A program made the position numbers and the translations under genes. The notes under the pieces were generated by a model. The model saw nothing but the letters and a program-made list of their open reading frames with translations, did no database searches and was not told where the DNA came from. DNA of 32,000 nucleotides, from positions 1,620,001 through 1,652,000 of the forward strand of contig NC_008818.1 of the NCBI RefSeq assembly GCF_000015145.1, written 5' to 3'. How positions within the stretch are numbered: position 1 is the stretch's first letter; each line of letters opens with the position of its first letter. Origin of the DNA: Hyperthermus butylicus DSM 5456. GTDB taxonomy: Archaea > Thermoproteota > Thermoprotei_A > Sulfolobales > Pyrodictiaceae. Below are positions 17,655 through 25,484 of this stretch, in pieces.

Positions 17655-18145
17655 CCCCTCTAGAGTCCATACTTGCTATCATTCCCGCACTAGCAGCTAA
17701 TGGTGCACCCGTCCTGCTAAAATACCATGGAACACCAATTGACGGTGGCAAACGCTTCCTGGATGGAAGGCCGGTTCTAGGCCCGGGAAAAACTTGGGAG
17801 GGACTGGCAACCGGAATTCTCTACGGCTCAGTTATAGCCCTACTAGCTGCCAGTGCTACCTGCAACCCCAAACTCTACGCTGCAGGTGTATTTGCAAGCA
17901 TAGGCGCCATGCTCGGGGACATGCTGGGAGCCTTTATTAAGAGGAGGCTTGGCCTGGAGAGGGGTGCTCCAGCACCGCTACTCGACCAGCTGGACTTCTA
18001 TAGTGGTGCTCTACTAGCACTCTACGCTGCAGGATACGTAGTGCACCCAGCTGTAGCACTCACATTCACACCAATAGTAATTGCGCTCCACAGGTTAACA
18101 AACATGGCCGCTAATAGGCTGAGACTGAAACCTGTGCCATGGTAG
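17639..18145 (+). CDS. carS: CDP-archaeol synthase (DUF46 family)
   Basis: Membrane protein with LAANGAPVL, GKTWEG, MLGDMLGAFIKRRLG and LDQLDF motifs typical of CarS. The ATG at 17639 overlaps the upstream gene by 16 nt. Confidence 0.8.
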   Translation: MAQLLTPLESILAIIPALAANGAPVLLKYHGTPIDGGKRFLDGRPVLGPGKTWEGLATGILYGSVIALLAASATCNPKLYAAGVFASIGAMLGDMLGAFIKRRLGLERGAPAPLLDQLDFYSGALLALYAAGYVVHPAVALTFTPIVIALHRLTNMAANRLRLKPVPW

Positions 18146-18165
18146 GAATCGAGCAGCTATTGTTG

Positions 18166-18345
18166 CTAGGCTTGACTCTCGCTGCGCGGTATTAGTCCCG
18201 CAAGCATCTTCATCCTATAGCGATATACTACATACTTGTCCTCGGGGGAGAAGCGTGGCGGATGCGGTACAGCTACGGGGCCCCCACAGACTGGGCAGCG
18301 GTCACGTTGCAGCGTGTACCTGCCACAGACTGTACACTTCCTCAT
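18166..18345 (-). CDS. nop10: H/ACA RNP protein Nop10 (frame open to ATG 18366)
   Basis: MRKCTVCGRYTL...CPVCGG...PHPPRFSPEDKY signature. Confidence 0.85.
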   Translation of the reverse strand: MRKCTVCGRYTLQRDRCPVCGGPVAVPHPPRFSPEDKYVVYRYRMKMLAGLIPRSESQA

Positions 18346-18372
18346 GAGCCACTGCACGGGGTTCACCCGGGC

Positions 18373-19176
18373 TTACTGCTTCTCCCTCGTAAAGCTAAAC
18401 TCTACACCCAAGCTCTTAGCAGTCTCCTCACCCTCCTCAAGAGCCTTAGCTAACGCCTTCTCAAGCGTCTTATAGTCGTATGCTTCCAACTCAAGCCTAT
18501 ACCTTGGTGCTCCTACAGTGTATAGTTTAACCTTTATGTCGGGAGACGAGTTCTCAATAGCATCTTTCACTGTTAGCAACACCTTTTTAACTCTCTCAAT
18601 ACCATCGCCAGCCAGACTTCTAACAGTGAGAACGCCAGCTATCTTTACACGCTTAACCTCCACATGCCTCTTAATTTCCTCAAGTAGCGGTTGAACCCAC
18701 TCCTCTGGGACTCCTGCCTCGCGCAACGCTTGCTCGCCGCGAATGACAACCTCCTCAAAGGCTGCCATGAGTTCTCCATAGTAGTCCTCAAGCTTCTTCC
18801 CCACAGCCTCATAGGCCTCCTCGAGGCTCTTACCGAGCTTTTGCGCGACCAGCTCTAGTATCCTCTCAGCTTTCTGAGCTCTTTTCCATTCCATCATCTT
18901 CCTGCGGCGTTCGCTATCGGTTACACGTTTTAGCGAGACGTCAACCTGCTTTTTCCTCTTGTTAACCCTTATAACCTTGACAACTATCTTCTGACCAGGC
19001 TTAACAACATCGTGTATGCTGCGAACCCAACGGGAAGCAACCTCGCTCCATGGCAGGTATGCCTCGAGACCACCGTATTCGTCGAGTGTAAGGTATGCAC
19101 CGTAGTCGTATACCTCCTTTACAGTCGCAACCACGAGTTCTCCCACGTCTGGCAGCTCCTTCCTCTGAATCGGCAC
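18373..19176 (-). CDS. eif2a: Translation initiation factor aIF2 alpha subunit; GTG start
   Basis: N-terminal S1 domain (PDVGELVVATVKEVYDYGAYLTLDEYGGLEAYLPWSEV), 267 aa, and the conserved L44e-S27e-aIF2alpha-Nop10 gene order. Confidence 0.9.
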   Translation of the reverse strand: MPIQRKELPDVGELVVATVKEVYDYGAYLTLDEYGGLEAYLPWSEVASRWVRSIHDVVKPGQKIVVKVIRVNKRKKQVDVSLKRVTDSERRRKMMEWKRAQKAERILELVAQKLGKSLEEAYEAVGKKLEDYYGELMAAFEEVVIRGEQALREAGVPEEWVQPLLEEIKRHVEVKRVKIAGVLTVRSLAGDGIERVKKVLLTVKDAIENSSPDIKVKLYTVGAPRYRLELEAYDYKTLEKALAKALEEGEETAKSLGVEFSFTREKQ

Positions 19177-19278
19177 CCTGTTTCACCGAGAAAGCTGGAT
19201 AGAGAGCTGGGAGCCCTAAAATATTGGATGCGTATCCGTAGCTGAGACTAAAACCCAGACTAGAGGAGGCGGTAGTAC

Positions 19279-19479
19279 TTAGCCTAGGACACGTACCACC
19301 TGGCCAAGTATCTTAGCCTTACCTCCTGTTGGTTCTACTAGCTGTGCTCCACACACAAGGCATCTCGCTGGGAATGTTGCATGGCTGAATATCACTTGCT
19401 CATTACCGCAAACCGGGCATCTCACTAGGAGGAACCTGCTACGCGGCTGTGGTACTAGTATCTTGAACTTACTGACCAT
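19279..19479 (-). CDS. rps27e: 30S ribosomal protein S27e
   Basis: 66 aa with a [14 protein letters not shown]...CLVCG zinc ribbon. Confidence 0.9.
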   Translation of the reverse strand: MVSKFKILVPQPRSRFLLVRCPVCGNEQVIFSHATFPARCLVCGAQLVEPTGGKAKILGQVVRVLG

Positions 19480-19480
19480 G

Positions 19481-19768
19481 CTAGTGCCTCACCTCCACCA
19501 GCTCTACCTTCTTGAGCCTAATACCCCGGCGGTGTAGTATGTAACCACACTTCTGACACTTAAGCTTTAATACTATCTTCTTTGTAACTTTCGCGAAGCG
19601 CTTCTGCTCCGGCTTCCTCTTGCTACCATAACCCTCTTGCTTTCTCCTATACCTCCTCTCGCCCTCAGCTAGGCTACGTCTCTTGCCATGCTTATATACC
19701 GTAACACTGTGCTGTGTATGTGTACGGCATCGGGGACAATACGTTATAATGACCTTTGGCACCTTCAT
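19481..19768 (-). CDS. rpl44e: 50S ribosomal protein L44e
   Basis: [20 protein letters not shown]...KLKCQKCG, 95 aa. Confidence 0.9.
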   Translation of the reverse strand: MKVPKVIITYCPRCRTHTQHSVTVYKHGKRRSLAEGERRYRRKQEGYGSKRKPEQKRFAKVTKKIVLKLKCQKCGYILHRRGIRLKKVELVEVRH

Positions 19769-19838
19769 GGCCTAGCCGCCTCGTAGACTCCCCTAGCGTG
19801 CCCATCACACCCTAGGCAAAACCCGCCTTAAAACCCTA

Positions 19839-20300
19839 CTATTGCTCCCGAGCCTCCTTCAGCCCTGTCTCTACTAGGCGGGCAAACCCCAGCTCAACCA
19901 GTCCAAGGGCCTTTATTGTTTCTAGGCACGTGTAGTCACCGCGACGGTAAAGCCTGCCCTCAAGCTCTACTGAAGCCTCAAAAATTACCGGTGCACAGTT
20001 TGTTGAACCAAAGTACAGTGCAGAGGCCAAACCTCGGTATGCATTTGCTTTCTCACTACTAAATCCTAGAAGCTTGAGAGCAGCTGCAGCTGTATCGGCT
20101 ACCGCGCTGACGATATTCATGTAGTTCTCGACTATGCTCGGCAGGCTGATAGCTCTCCTATCAAGAAGTGTTGAAGATATACCTTCATGCAACGCTTCTA
20201 CTATGGCTGAGGCAAGTTTTCCATCACGTCTATCAATTAGATCTCCTAGGAGCCTCACAGCACGCTGTAGCATGTACTCCTCCGCCATCGTACTATTCAC
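19839..20300 (-). CDS. Candidate GINS subunit (Gins15/Gins51-like); otherwise hypothetical
   Basis: Sits immediately downstream of priS, as known for Sulfolobus gins15. The C-terminal GRLYRRGDYTCLETIKALGLVELGFARLVE resembles the GINS Y..kGD...lp...A..L...G.A motif. The N-terminal half is not recognised. Confidence 0.4.
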   Translation of the reverse strand: MNSTMAEEYMLQRAVRLLGDLIDRRDGKLASAIVEALHEGISSTLLDRRAISLPSIVENYMNIVSAVADTAAAALKLLGFSSEKANAYRGLASALYFGSTNCAPVIFEASVELEGRLYRRGDYTCLETIKALGLVELGFARLVETGLKEAREQ

Positions 20301-20314
20301 CTCCCTCTGCCAGC

Positions 20315-21457
20315 CTACTGGGCTAGGACTGCCACACCCTTAGCCATTAAGTATACAGCTACTGGGGCAGGAAGGCGGGGGCTATCACCCTCGCGTAGCT
20401 TCAGTCTATTACCCAATATGGTCACCGAGCTAGGGAGACTCGTAACAACACGTATCCTCACTGGGGGCTCGCGTGCAAAGGGTGAAAGCGTCTCATCTAC
20501 TACGAACTCGTCTAGCTCATCAACAGTAACTGGTTTTACTAGGAGACCCGTCTTGCCGTTTATGCTGTAGGGTACACGTATAAGCCGCTTAACATCAACG
20601 GAAACTTGCTCGTCAATCTCGACACCTATGAGCTGGCGAGCCTTATCCTCGTATTCTCTAAGTTCCTCACTATAAGTTGTAGAGGGACCCTCCACAGCCT
20701 TTACAATATCTATAGCGCCGTCGCGGAGTGCTAGGCGTCGTATAATCCTTGCAACCCTACCCCTCGCACCCGCAAGCTGAACGTTTGGCGGTATGGGTAT
20801 AGGCTTCCCCCTCCTCACCTGCAGCATTGTCCATGGCTCAAGTACGTCGGCACGGAGACCGAGAGCCTTAACATAGTTTACTATTTCACGCCTAACATCT
20901 GATCCCGCCTTTGCATAATCATCGAAGTCGTCAAGGTATACTGTTACGTGGAACCCTCTATGCCCCGAAAACTCTATAGCTATGCGGGACTTGTCAAAGC
21001 CCAACTCGTAGACAAGTATGTCGTACAATATTTGTGCTCTGAGAGCAGCAGCCCTCATGCATAATGCCTCTTCTATAAAGCTAGTCTTCCCCTCAATACC
21101 ACCGTCAACCTCTACTATGCTGCCACTACATTCCGGCAAATGATCTGCGTCAATATCAAATGTTAGGTCAGCCGAGCGCCACCCCTTAGCATCCATGTCG
21201 TCTGCGCCAGGCTGGTCGTAGCGTGCTGAGGAATAGTAGAAGTGCCGTGGCGCTTTCTCGACTAGTAGCCTATGTACAGCCTCTGTACTCGCGAATGAGA
21301 GGTGCCGTAGATAGCTCTTACCTGTCCAGGTCTGGAGAGCAAACTCGCGTAGGCTAAAGTCTCCGGGTAGTTTGACACGCGCCCTCTCATAGTACTTGCG
21401 GGTTAGGTGTTCTAGGAACCTGCGTGTCCTCATTACGGGATCCTGGCTTCGCGGCAT
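20315..21457 (-). CDS. priS: DNA primase small (catalytic) subunit PriS
   Basis: The DLTFDIDADH catalytic motif and FSGHRGFHV, 380 aa, adjacent to PCNA. Confidence 0.85.
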   Translation of the reverse strand: MPRSQDPVMRTRRFLEHLTRKYYERARVKLPGDFSLREFALQTWTGKSYLRHLSFASTEAVHRLLVEKAPRHFYYSSARYDQPGADDMDAKGWRSADLTFDIDADHLPECSGSIVEVDGGIEGKTSFIEEALCMRAAALRAQILYDILVYELGFDKSRIAIEFSGHRGFHVTVYLDDFDDYAKAGSDVRREIVNYVKALGLRADVLEPWTMLQVRRGKPIPIPPNVQLAGARGRVARIIRRLALRDGAIDIVKAVEGPSTTYSEELREYEDKARQLIGVEIDEQVSVDVKRLIRVPYSINGKTGLLVKPVTVDELDEFVVDETLSPFAREPPVRIRVVTSLPSSVTILGNRLKLREGDSPRLPAPVAVYLMAKGVAVLAQ

Positions 21458-21460
21458 GCG

Positions 21461-22201
21461 CTAGTCTACCCTCGGTGCTATGAGGAAGCTGAATTTTGCC
21501 CCTTGCTGGAGTTCATGCTCTATGAGAGCGGGCATGTCGCTGCTAAACTTTATCGTTATAGTGTCTGCAACCCTAGCAGCACCGGATAGATCGCTGAAGT
21601 ATTCGAGCGTATAGCTGGCCTGCTGCGTATCCTCAACCTCCATCTCTATGATGCTACCGCTCTCCCGCGTATAGATTATTTCAGCCTCACCAATATCACT
21701 TGAAGAGACTACCTTAAACTCGTCCTGGGATGCTATGAACCTTATAACATCGCCTATAAGCTCAACATCCTTTATCGCATCGCGATACACGTCACTCATA
21801 ACTTTCACTATCGCCTTGAACTCTAGCTGTGGCTCGGGAAGCTCCTCAGCAGTAATATCGAGGAGCGGCAATGTAAACTTCCTATACCCCTTACCTATGA
21901 ACGCGAACGAGACCGTATTGCCATCAGAAGTTATCTCAAGCTTGTCCTCCTTCGAGGCTCTACGTAGAACCTTAGCTACATCCTCAAAGTTTACTCCCAG
22001 CTCAACCTTAGAGTCTACCTCGAATACCTCGAAGGAGTCTCGTGGAAATCTCATATTCAACATTATGACATGTGATGGGTCCATTGCACGGAAGAGGAAA
22101 CCCTCCTCGGGATCTACAACGAATACCCCCTCCTCTATAACCTTCGATATAGCTGACACTATGTACCTCCAAATCCTCGCATCAAAGAATACAAGCTTCA
22201 A
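21461..22201 (-). CDS. pcn: DNA polymerase sliding clamp (PCNA)
   Basis: 246 aa with N-terminus ...AISKVIEEGVFVVDPEEGFLFRAMDPSHVIMLNMRFPRDSFEVFEV, typical of archaeal PCNA. Confidence 0.9.
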   Translation of the reverse strand: MKLVFFDARIWRYIVSAISKVIEEGVFVVDPEEGFLFRAMDPSHVIMLNMRFPRDSFEVFEVDSKVELGVNFEDVAKVLRRASKEDKLEITSDGNTVSFAFIGKGYRKFTLPLLDITAEELPEPQLEFKAIVKVMSDVYRDAIKDVELIGDVIRFIASQDEFKVVSSSDIGEAEIIYTRESGSIIEMEVEDTQQASYTLEYFSDLSGAARVADTITIKFSSDMPALIEHELQQGAKFSFLIAPRVD

Positions 22202-22217
22202 TCCCTATCTACCTCCC

Positions 22218-22493
22218 CTACCTTTCTTCTACACCCGCTACGTTATGTACTTGTTTGAGAGGCCGATTAGAGCCTGGCCCCACCTCACCCTCCACACGGG
22301 CTCTCTTGCACTCTCTAACCAGCGCGTAGGCTTGGGCTAGGCCTGCTTCGGCCAACCGTAGTGCTCGCTCTATGTGGGGCCTAGAGGATATCACTGGTGG
22401 TGTACGGTTGTAGGCCTCGAAAACATCCTCGTATAGCTTGCGTAAGAGCCTATAGAAGAATTCGTAGTGTATGCACACGTTGCTGCTAGTCAT
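22218..22493 (-). CDS. Hypothetical 91-aa protein, unrecognised family
   Basis: The ORF overlaps the TFS stop by 8 nt and ends 16 nt before PCNA, so it appears operonic. Predicted helical. Confidence 0.45.
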   Translation of the reverse strand: MTSSNVCIHYEFFYRLLRKLYEDVFEAYNRTPPVISSRPHIERALRLAEAGLAQAYALVRECKRARVEGEVGPGSNRPLKQVHNVAGVEER

Positions 22494-22830
22494 ACTCCCT
22501 CCACACGTAGCCGCAGCTTACGCATTTGAAGAACCTTGTGGGTGGCTCGTCAGCACGACGGGTCTGCACAACCCAGACATACGCCTCGTGGTAGCCACAC
22601 CGTGGGCATACCGCCTTTGTCTTAGGCATTGCCTTCCAGTTTACATTGGGGTCTACAACTACTATCCTCTCCTTCTCACTATGCTTTATCTCCTTGCGCA
22701 GTACCGCAAGCTGCGCCTCACTAGCCTGGCTAAGCTCTTCAGTATAGCCGCAGCTCGGACAAACCCAGACGGTACGGTCGTTAGTCCTCCTCAGCGTCAT
22801 TAGCGAACCACAGCGCGGGCAGAACTTCAC
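22486..22830 (-). CDS. tfs: Transcription factor S (TFS, RNA polymerase subunit M paralogue); GTG start
   Basis: N-terminal CPRCGS...CPSCG ribbon and a C-terminal CPRCG...QTRRADEPPTRFFKCVSCG TFIIS-type ribbon with the acidic DE hairpin. Confidence 0.85.
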   Translation of the reverse strand: MKFCPRCGSLMTLRRTNDRTVWVCPSCGYTEELSQASEAQLAVLRKEIKHSEKERIVVVDPNVNWKAMPKTKAVCPRCGYHEAYVWVVQTRRADEPPTRFFKCVSCGYVWREYD

Positions 22831-22905
22831 GGCACACTACACCCCGCTACGCTGTTTTGACCGGTCTGTAGCTAGCCGGAGAAACTGGGCACTTTTGAGC
22901 TAAGC

Positions 22906-23247
22906 TTATGAGTTTTGTTCGCTAGCGTGTGCTAGTAATAGGCTCACACCCCTACATAAATCGTTTACAAACACGTAGAAACAATCCATGCAGCGCCCAA
23001 GGTAGTCTTCGAGTTTCTCAACAGATCTCAAGCCTAGAGCTTGAGCAAGCTCTTGCGGCCATACAATTCTAACCTCATATATGAATGTTGAAGATCTAAT
23101 AGCTCGCAGTAACTCGTCAAGCCTCTCCGAGAAGAATAATGCTTCAACACGCGTGGAGCCTCTAAACACTAAAGCTATGTGGCCAATATCCCCACAGCTG
23201 TGGAAAAGTAGAAGTCTCGATTCAGGCTTTAACTTCACACTTTTCAC
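22906..23247 (-). CDS. Hypothetical protein, unrecognised family; start uncertain (ATG 23292 lies inside rpoL; GTG 23247 or 23238 is more plausible)
   Basis: ORF track 22906..23292. Local GC is about 45% by hand count over 22921-23220, against mid-50s in the flanking genes. Confidence 0.4.
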   Translation of the reverse strand: MKSVKLKPESRLLLFHSCGDIGHIALVFRGSTRVEALFFSERLDELLRAIRSSTFIYEVRIVWPQELAQALGLRSVEKLEDYLGRCMDCFYVFVNDLCRGVSLLLAHASEQNS

Positions 23248-23539
23248 CGCTTTCAAGGGCCCGGTCAAACTCTTCGATGAACTTCTTTGCATCAGTTATT
23301 ATGTCCTTGAGAACCTCCTCCAGTACATCTAGCGGATCGCGGCTCCCATCCGTACTTAGCACGATCACAGGGTTTGAAACTAGGGGGTGCGATATTATGT
23401 AGGAGGCGTAGACTACGCCGGGCTTGCGTATTGCATACTTTGCTATTAGGTTGGCTATTGTTTGGTCCTCACCCTCCAGCTCAACCTCTATAGTGTTGGC
23501 TTCTCGTTTTAGTAGCTTAACCCTGCCAGCCTGCGGCAT
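23222..23539 (-). CDS. rpoL: DNA-directed RNA polymerase subunit L (Rpo11)
   Basis: IEVELEGEDQTIANLIAKYA...VVYASYIISHPL matches the RpoL EDHT-type motif region, 105 aa. Confidence 0.85.
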   Translation of the reverse strand: MPQAGRVKLLKREANTIEVELEGEDQTIANLIAKYAIRKPGVVYASYIISHPLVSNPVIVLSTDGSRDPLDVLEEVLKDIITDAKKFIEEFDRALESGEKCEVKA

Positions 23540-23545
23540 GGCCTG

Positions 23546-24196
23546 CTACTCACCTAGCTGGTCTAGTGGAGCCTCAGCCCCCTTAAGAAGTACCGCTATC
23601 TTACGTAGCCCGCGGCGCCATTCCTCCCGGAGTTCGATACCCTCCTCTGTTTCTTCGAGTACACGGCTGCGAAGCCCATACTCTATAACCTTTTCAGCGG
23701 GTTCTTGCAGGCCTGCTGCTAGTGCTGCTATCATCCTCTTAGCTGCCGTACCTTTAACCCTAAACCTAAGCTCGTCAATGACCTCCGCTATGGTTCTAGC
23801 AACTTCTACAACAACATCTAGCGGCGCATTAGTTGTTATTCTTGACTTGTCGTCGCTGAGTTCAGCCTTGTAGCCGCGTAGCCTTAACGCATATACTAGT
23901 GACTCTGGCGGAAATGTGCGACCAACTTCTCTCACAAGGGCCTCTATGCTGGCCTCCATGCCCTTTGAGAGTCGATATAGCTCCCAAAGCTCGGAGACTG
24001 CTTGACGTACACGATACCATGTGTCCTTGATCTCGTACTCGGTACCGACCACTTCAAGGAATAGCTTGTTTCCTTGGATACTGATTTCTGCATAGCCTGC
24101 CTTGAAAGCTGACGAGACTTTCTCGTAGATCTTCTCCAGGGGGATTCCCGGCGGCAGGTTTATCGTGTAAAGCTTCCTCTTTATAACCCTTGGCAA
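23546..24196 (-). CDS. Conserved-looking archaeal protein of unknown function (216 aa) between csl4 and rpoL
   Basis: Long ORF tightly packed between Csl4 and RpoL (26 nt and 6 nt gaps). I do not recognise the family with certainty. Confidence 0.6.
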   Translation of the reverse strand: MPRVIKRKLYTINLPPGIPLEKIYEKVSSAFKAGYAEISIQGNKLFLEVVGTEYEIKDTWYRVRQAVSELWELYRLSKGMEASIEALVREVGRTFPPESLVYALRLRGYKAELSDDKSRITTNAPLDVVVEVARTIAEVIDELRFRVKGTAAKRMIAALAAGLQEPAEKVIEYGLRSRVLEETEEGIELREEWRRGLRKIAVLLKGAEAPLDQLGE

Positions 24197-24222
24197 GCCA
24201 AGCTACACCCCCTAGGCCCCTC

Positions 24223-24828
24223 CTACCTCTTACGTCTAACAGTTAGCACGTAGAGGGGTGAGACCTTCCTCTGCTCTTCATTGCCGCAACGTAGGCATAC
24301 GAGCTTGTTTGACCCTGGTACACGGTGTAGGGGTGCTCCGCAAACCGAGCAGAACGCCATTATGACACCATCCTGCGGCCTCTTTATGGAGAGTACGTAG
24401 ACCGGTGCTGGGGATAGGCTTGTCGCTCTGAGAATGTCACCTGGCTTTACATAGTCGTATATGCTTCTTTGCTGCGGCGAATCACTAGCCTGTAGTATGT
24501 GGAGTATGCCGGTGAAACTACCGTTGTAGGGTACTAGCCTCTCATCAGCAAATATTTTTACAAGCATTAGTTCCTCGCGTGGTGCGCCAATAGCTACACC
24601 GTACACAACACTATTCCTCCTAGGTAGCCTAGGCTTACCGGTTACCGGCTTGACACTTATGCGGCGGTTAGCAAAGTCTATCTCGACCTGGCCGAACCTT
24701 GCAGCCCTTATAACGCCATCATCGACGTAGACACCGTCACCAGGCAGAAACTCTTCAATAGTGCATAGCGGCTCGCCGGGGAAGACCCTGCGTCCCCTAA
24801 GCTCCGCTATTGGTGCCAAAGCAGTCAT
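24223..24828 (-). CDS. csl4: Exosome RNA-binding subunit Csl4
   Basis: N-terminal domain, S1-like core, and a C-terminal CSVCGAPL...CLRCG zinc ribbon. GGAGGAGG lies upstream of the ATG. Confidence 0.85.
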   Translation of the reverse strand: MTALAPIAELRGRRVFPGEPLCTIEEFLPGDGVYVDDGVIRAARFGQVEIDFANRRISVKPVTGKPRLPRRNSVVYGVAIGAPREELMLVKIFADERLVPYNGSFTGILHILQASDSPQQRSIYDYVKPGDILRATSLSPAPVYVLSIKRPQDGVIMAFCSVCGAPLHRVPGSNKLVCLRCGNEEQRKVSPLYVLTVRRKR

Positions 24829-24847
24829 CCCGGCAACTTACCTCCTC

Positions 24848-25441
24848 CTAGCCACCATTTGCTCTTACTGATGCGAGTATAATAACCGGTACACGGTGCA
24901 CCTTCTTGACATGCGTTTAATAGGTAGCACGGATGGGGAAGACGTGATGCTCAACAACCACGATTCTATAACCTAGCTCTTTAAGCCTAGCCTCAAGGAA
25001 TCCTAATGCACCCTCAACATCCTTGTGTATCGAAACTATAAGCTCGGCGCCAAGCATTGATGCTGTACGTAGAAACTCTACATCAGCCCCCTTACGATGT
25101 ACCCCGAAGGGTGGATTCTGGAGCACACAGTAACTAGCCCTTCGGAGAGGAAGGTGCCTCGCATACGCCTGGACAAAGTCTACTAGGAGCACCCCATAGA
25201 GCTGAGAGTGGACAGTCTCCACTAGCTGTCGTTCATCAATATCGATGCCTATGCTATAGGAGCCTAGAATTAGTGAAGAGGCAAAAGCTATCATACCAGT
25301 TCCAGTGCCCAGGTCAACCACAATTCCACAACCCTGAGCCATTATTGCCATTCTAGCTGCTAGTTCGGGCGGAGTCCTATATTGTTCGAGCTCGCGTTTA
25401 GGCCGCGTAAATTCTGGCACATATCTCTCTAGGGTAATCAC
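24848..25441 (-). CDS. METTL5-like / COG2263-type RNA N6-adenine methyltransferase, interrupted by an in-frame TAA at 24917-24919 (tracked ORF 24917..25441)
   Basis: EQYRTPPELAA, VVDLGTGTGM, IGIDID and LQNPPFG motifs. The frame continues after the TAA as THVKKVHRVPVIILASVRANGG* with a stop at 24848-24850. Confidence 0.75.
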
Positions 25442-25484
25442 TATCCTTGAGAGTCTTGGTAGCTCCTTAATGCTACCTCACCCT

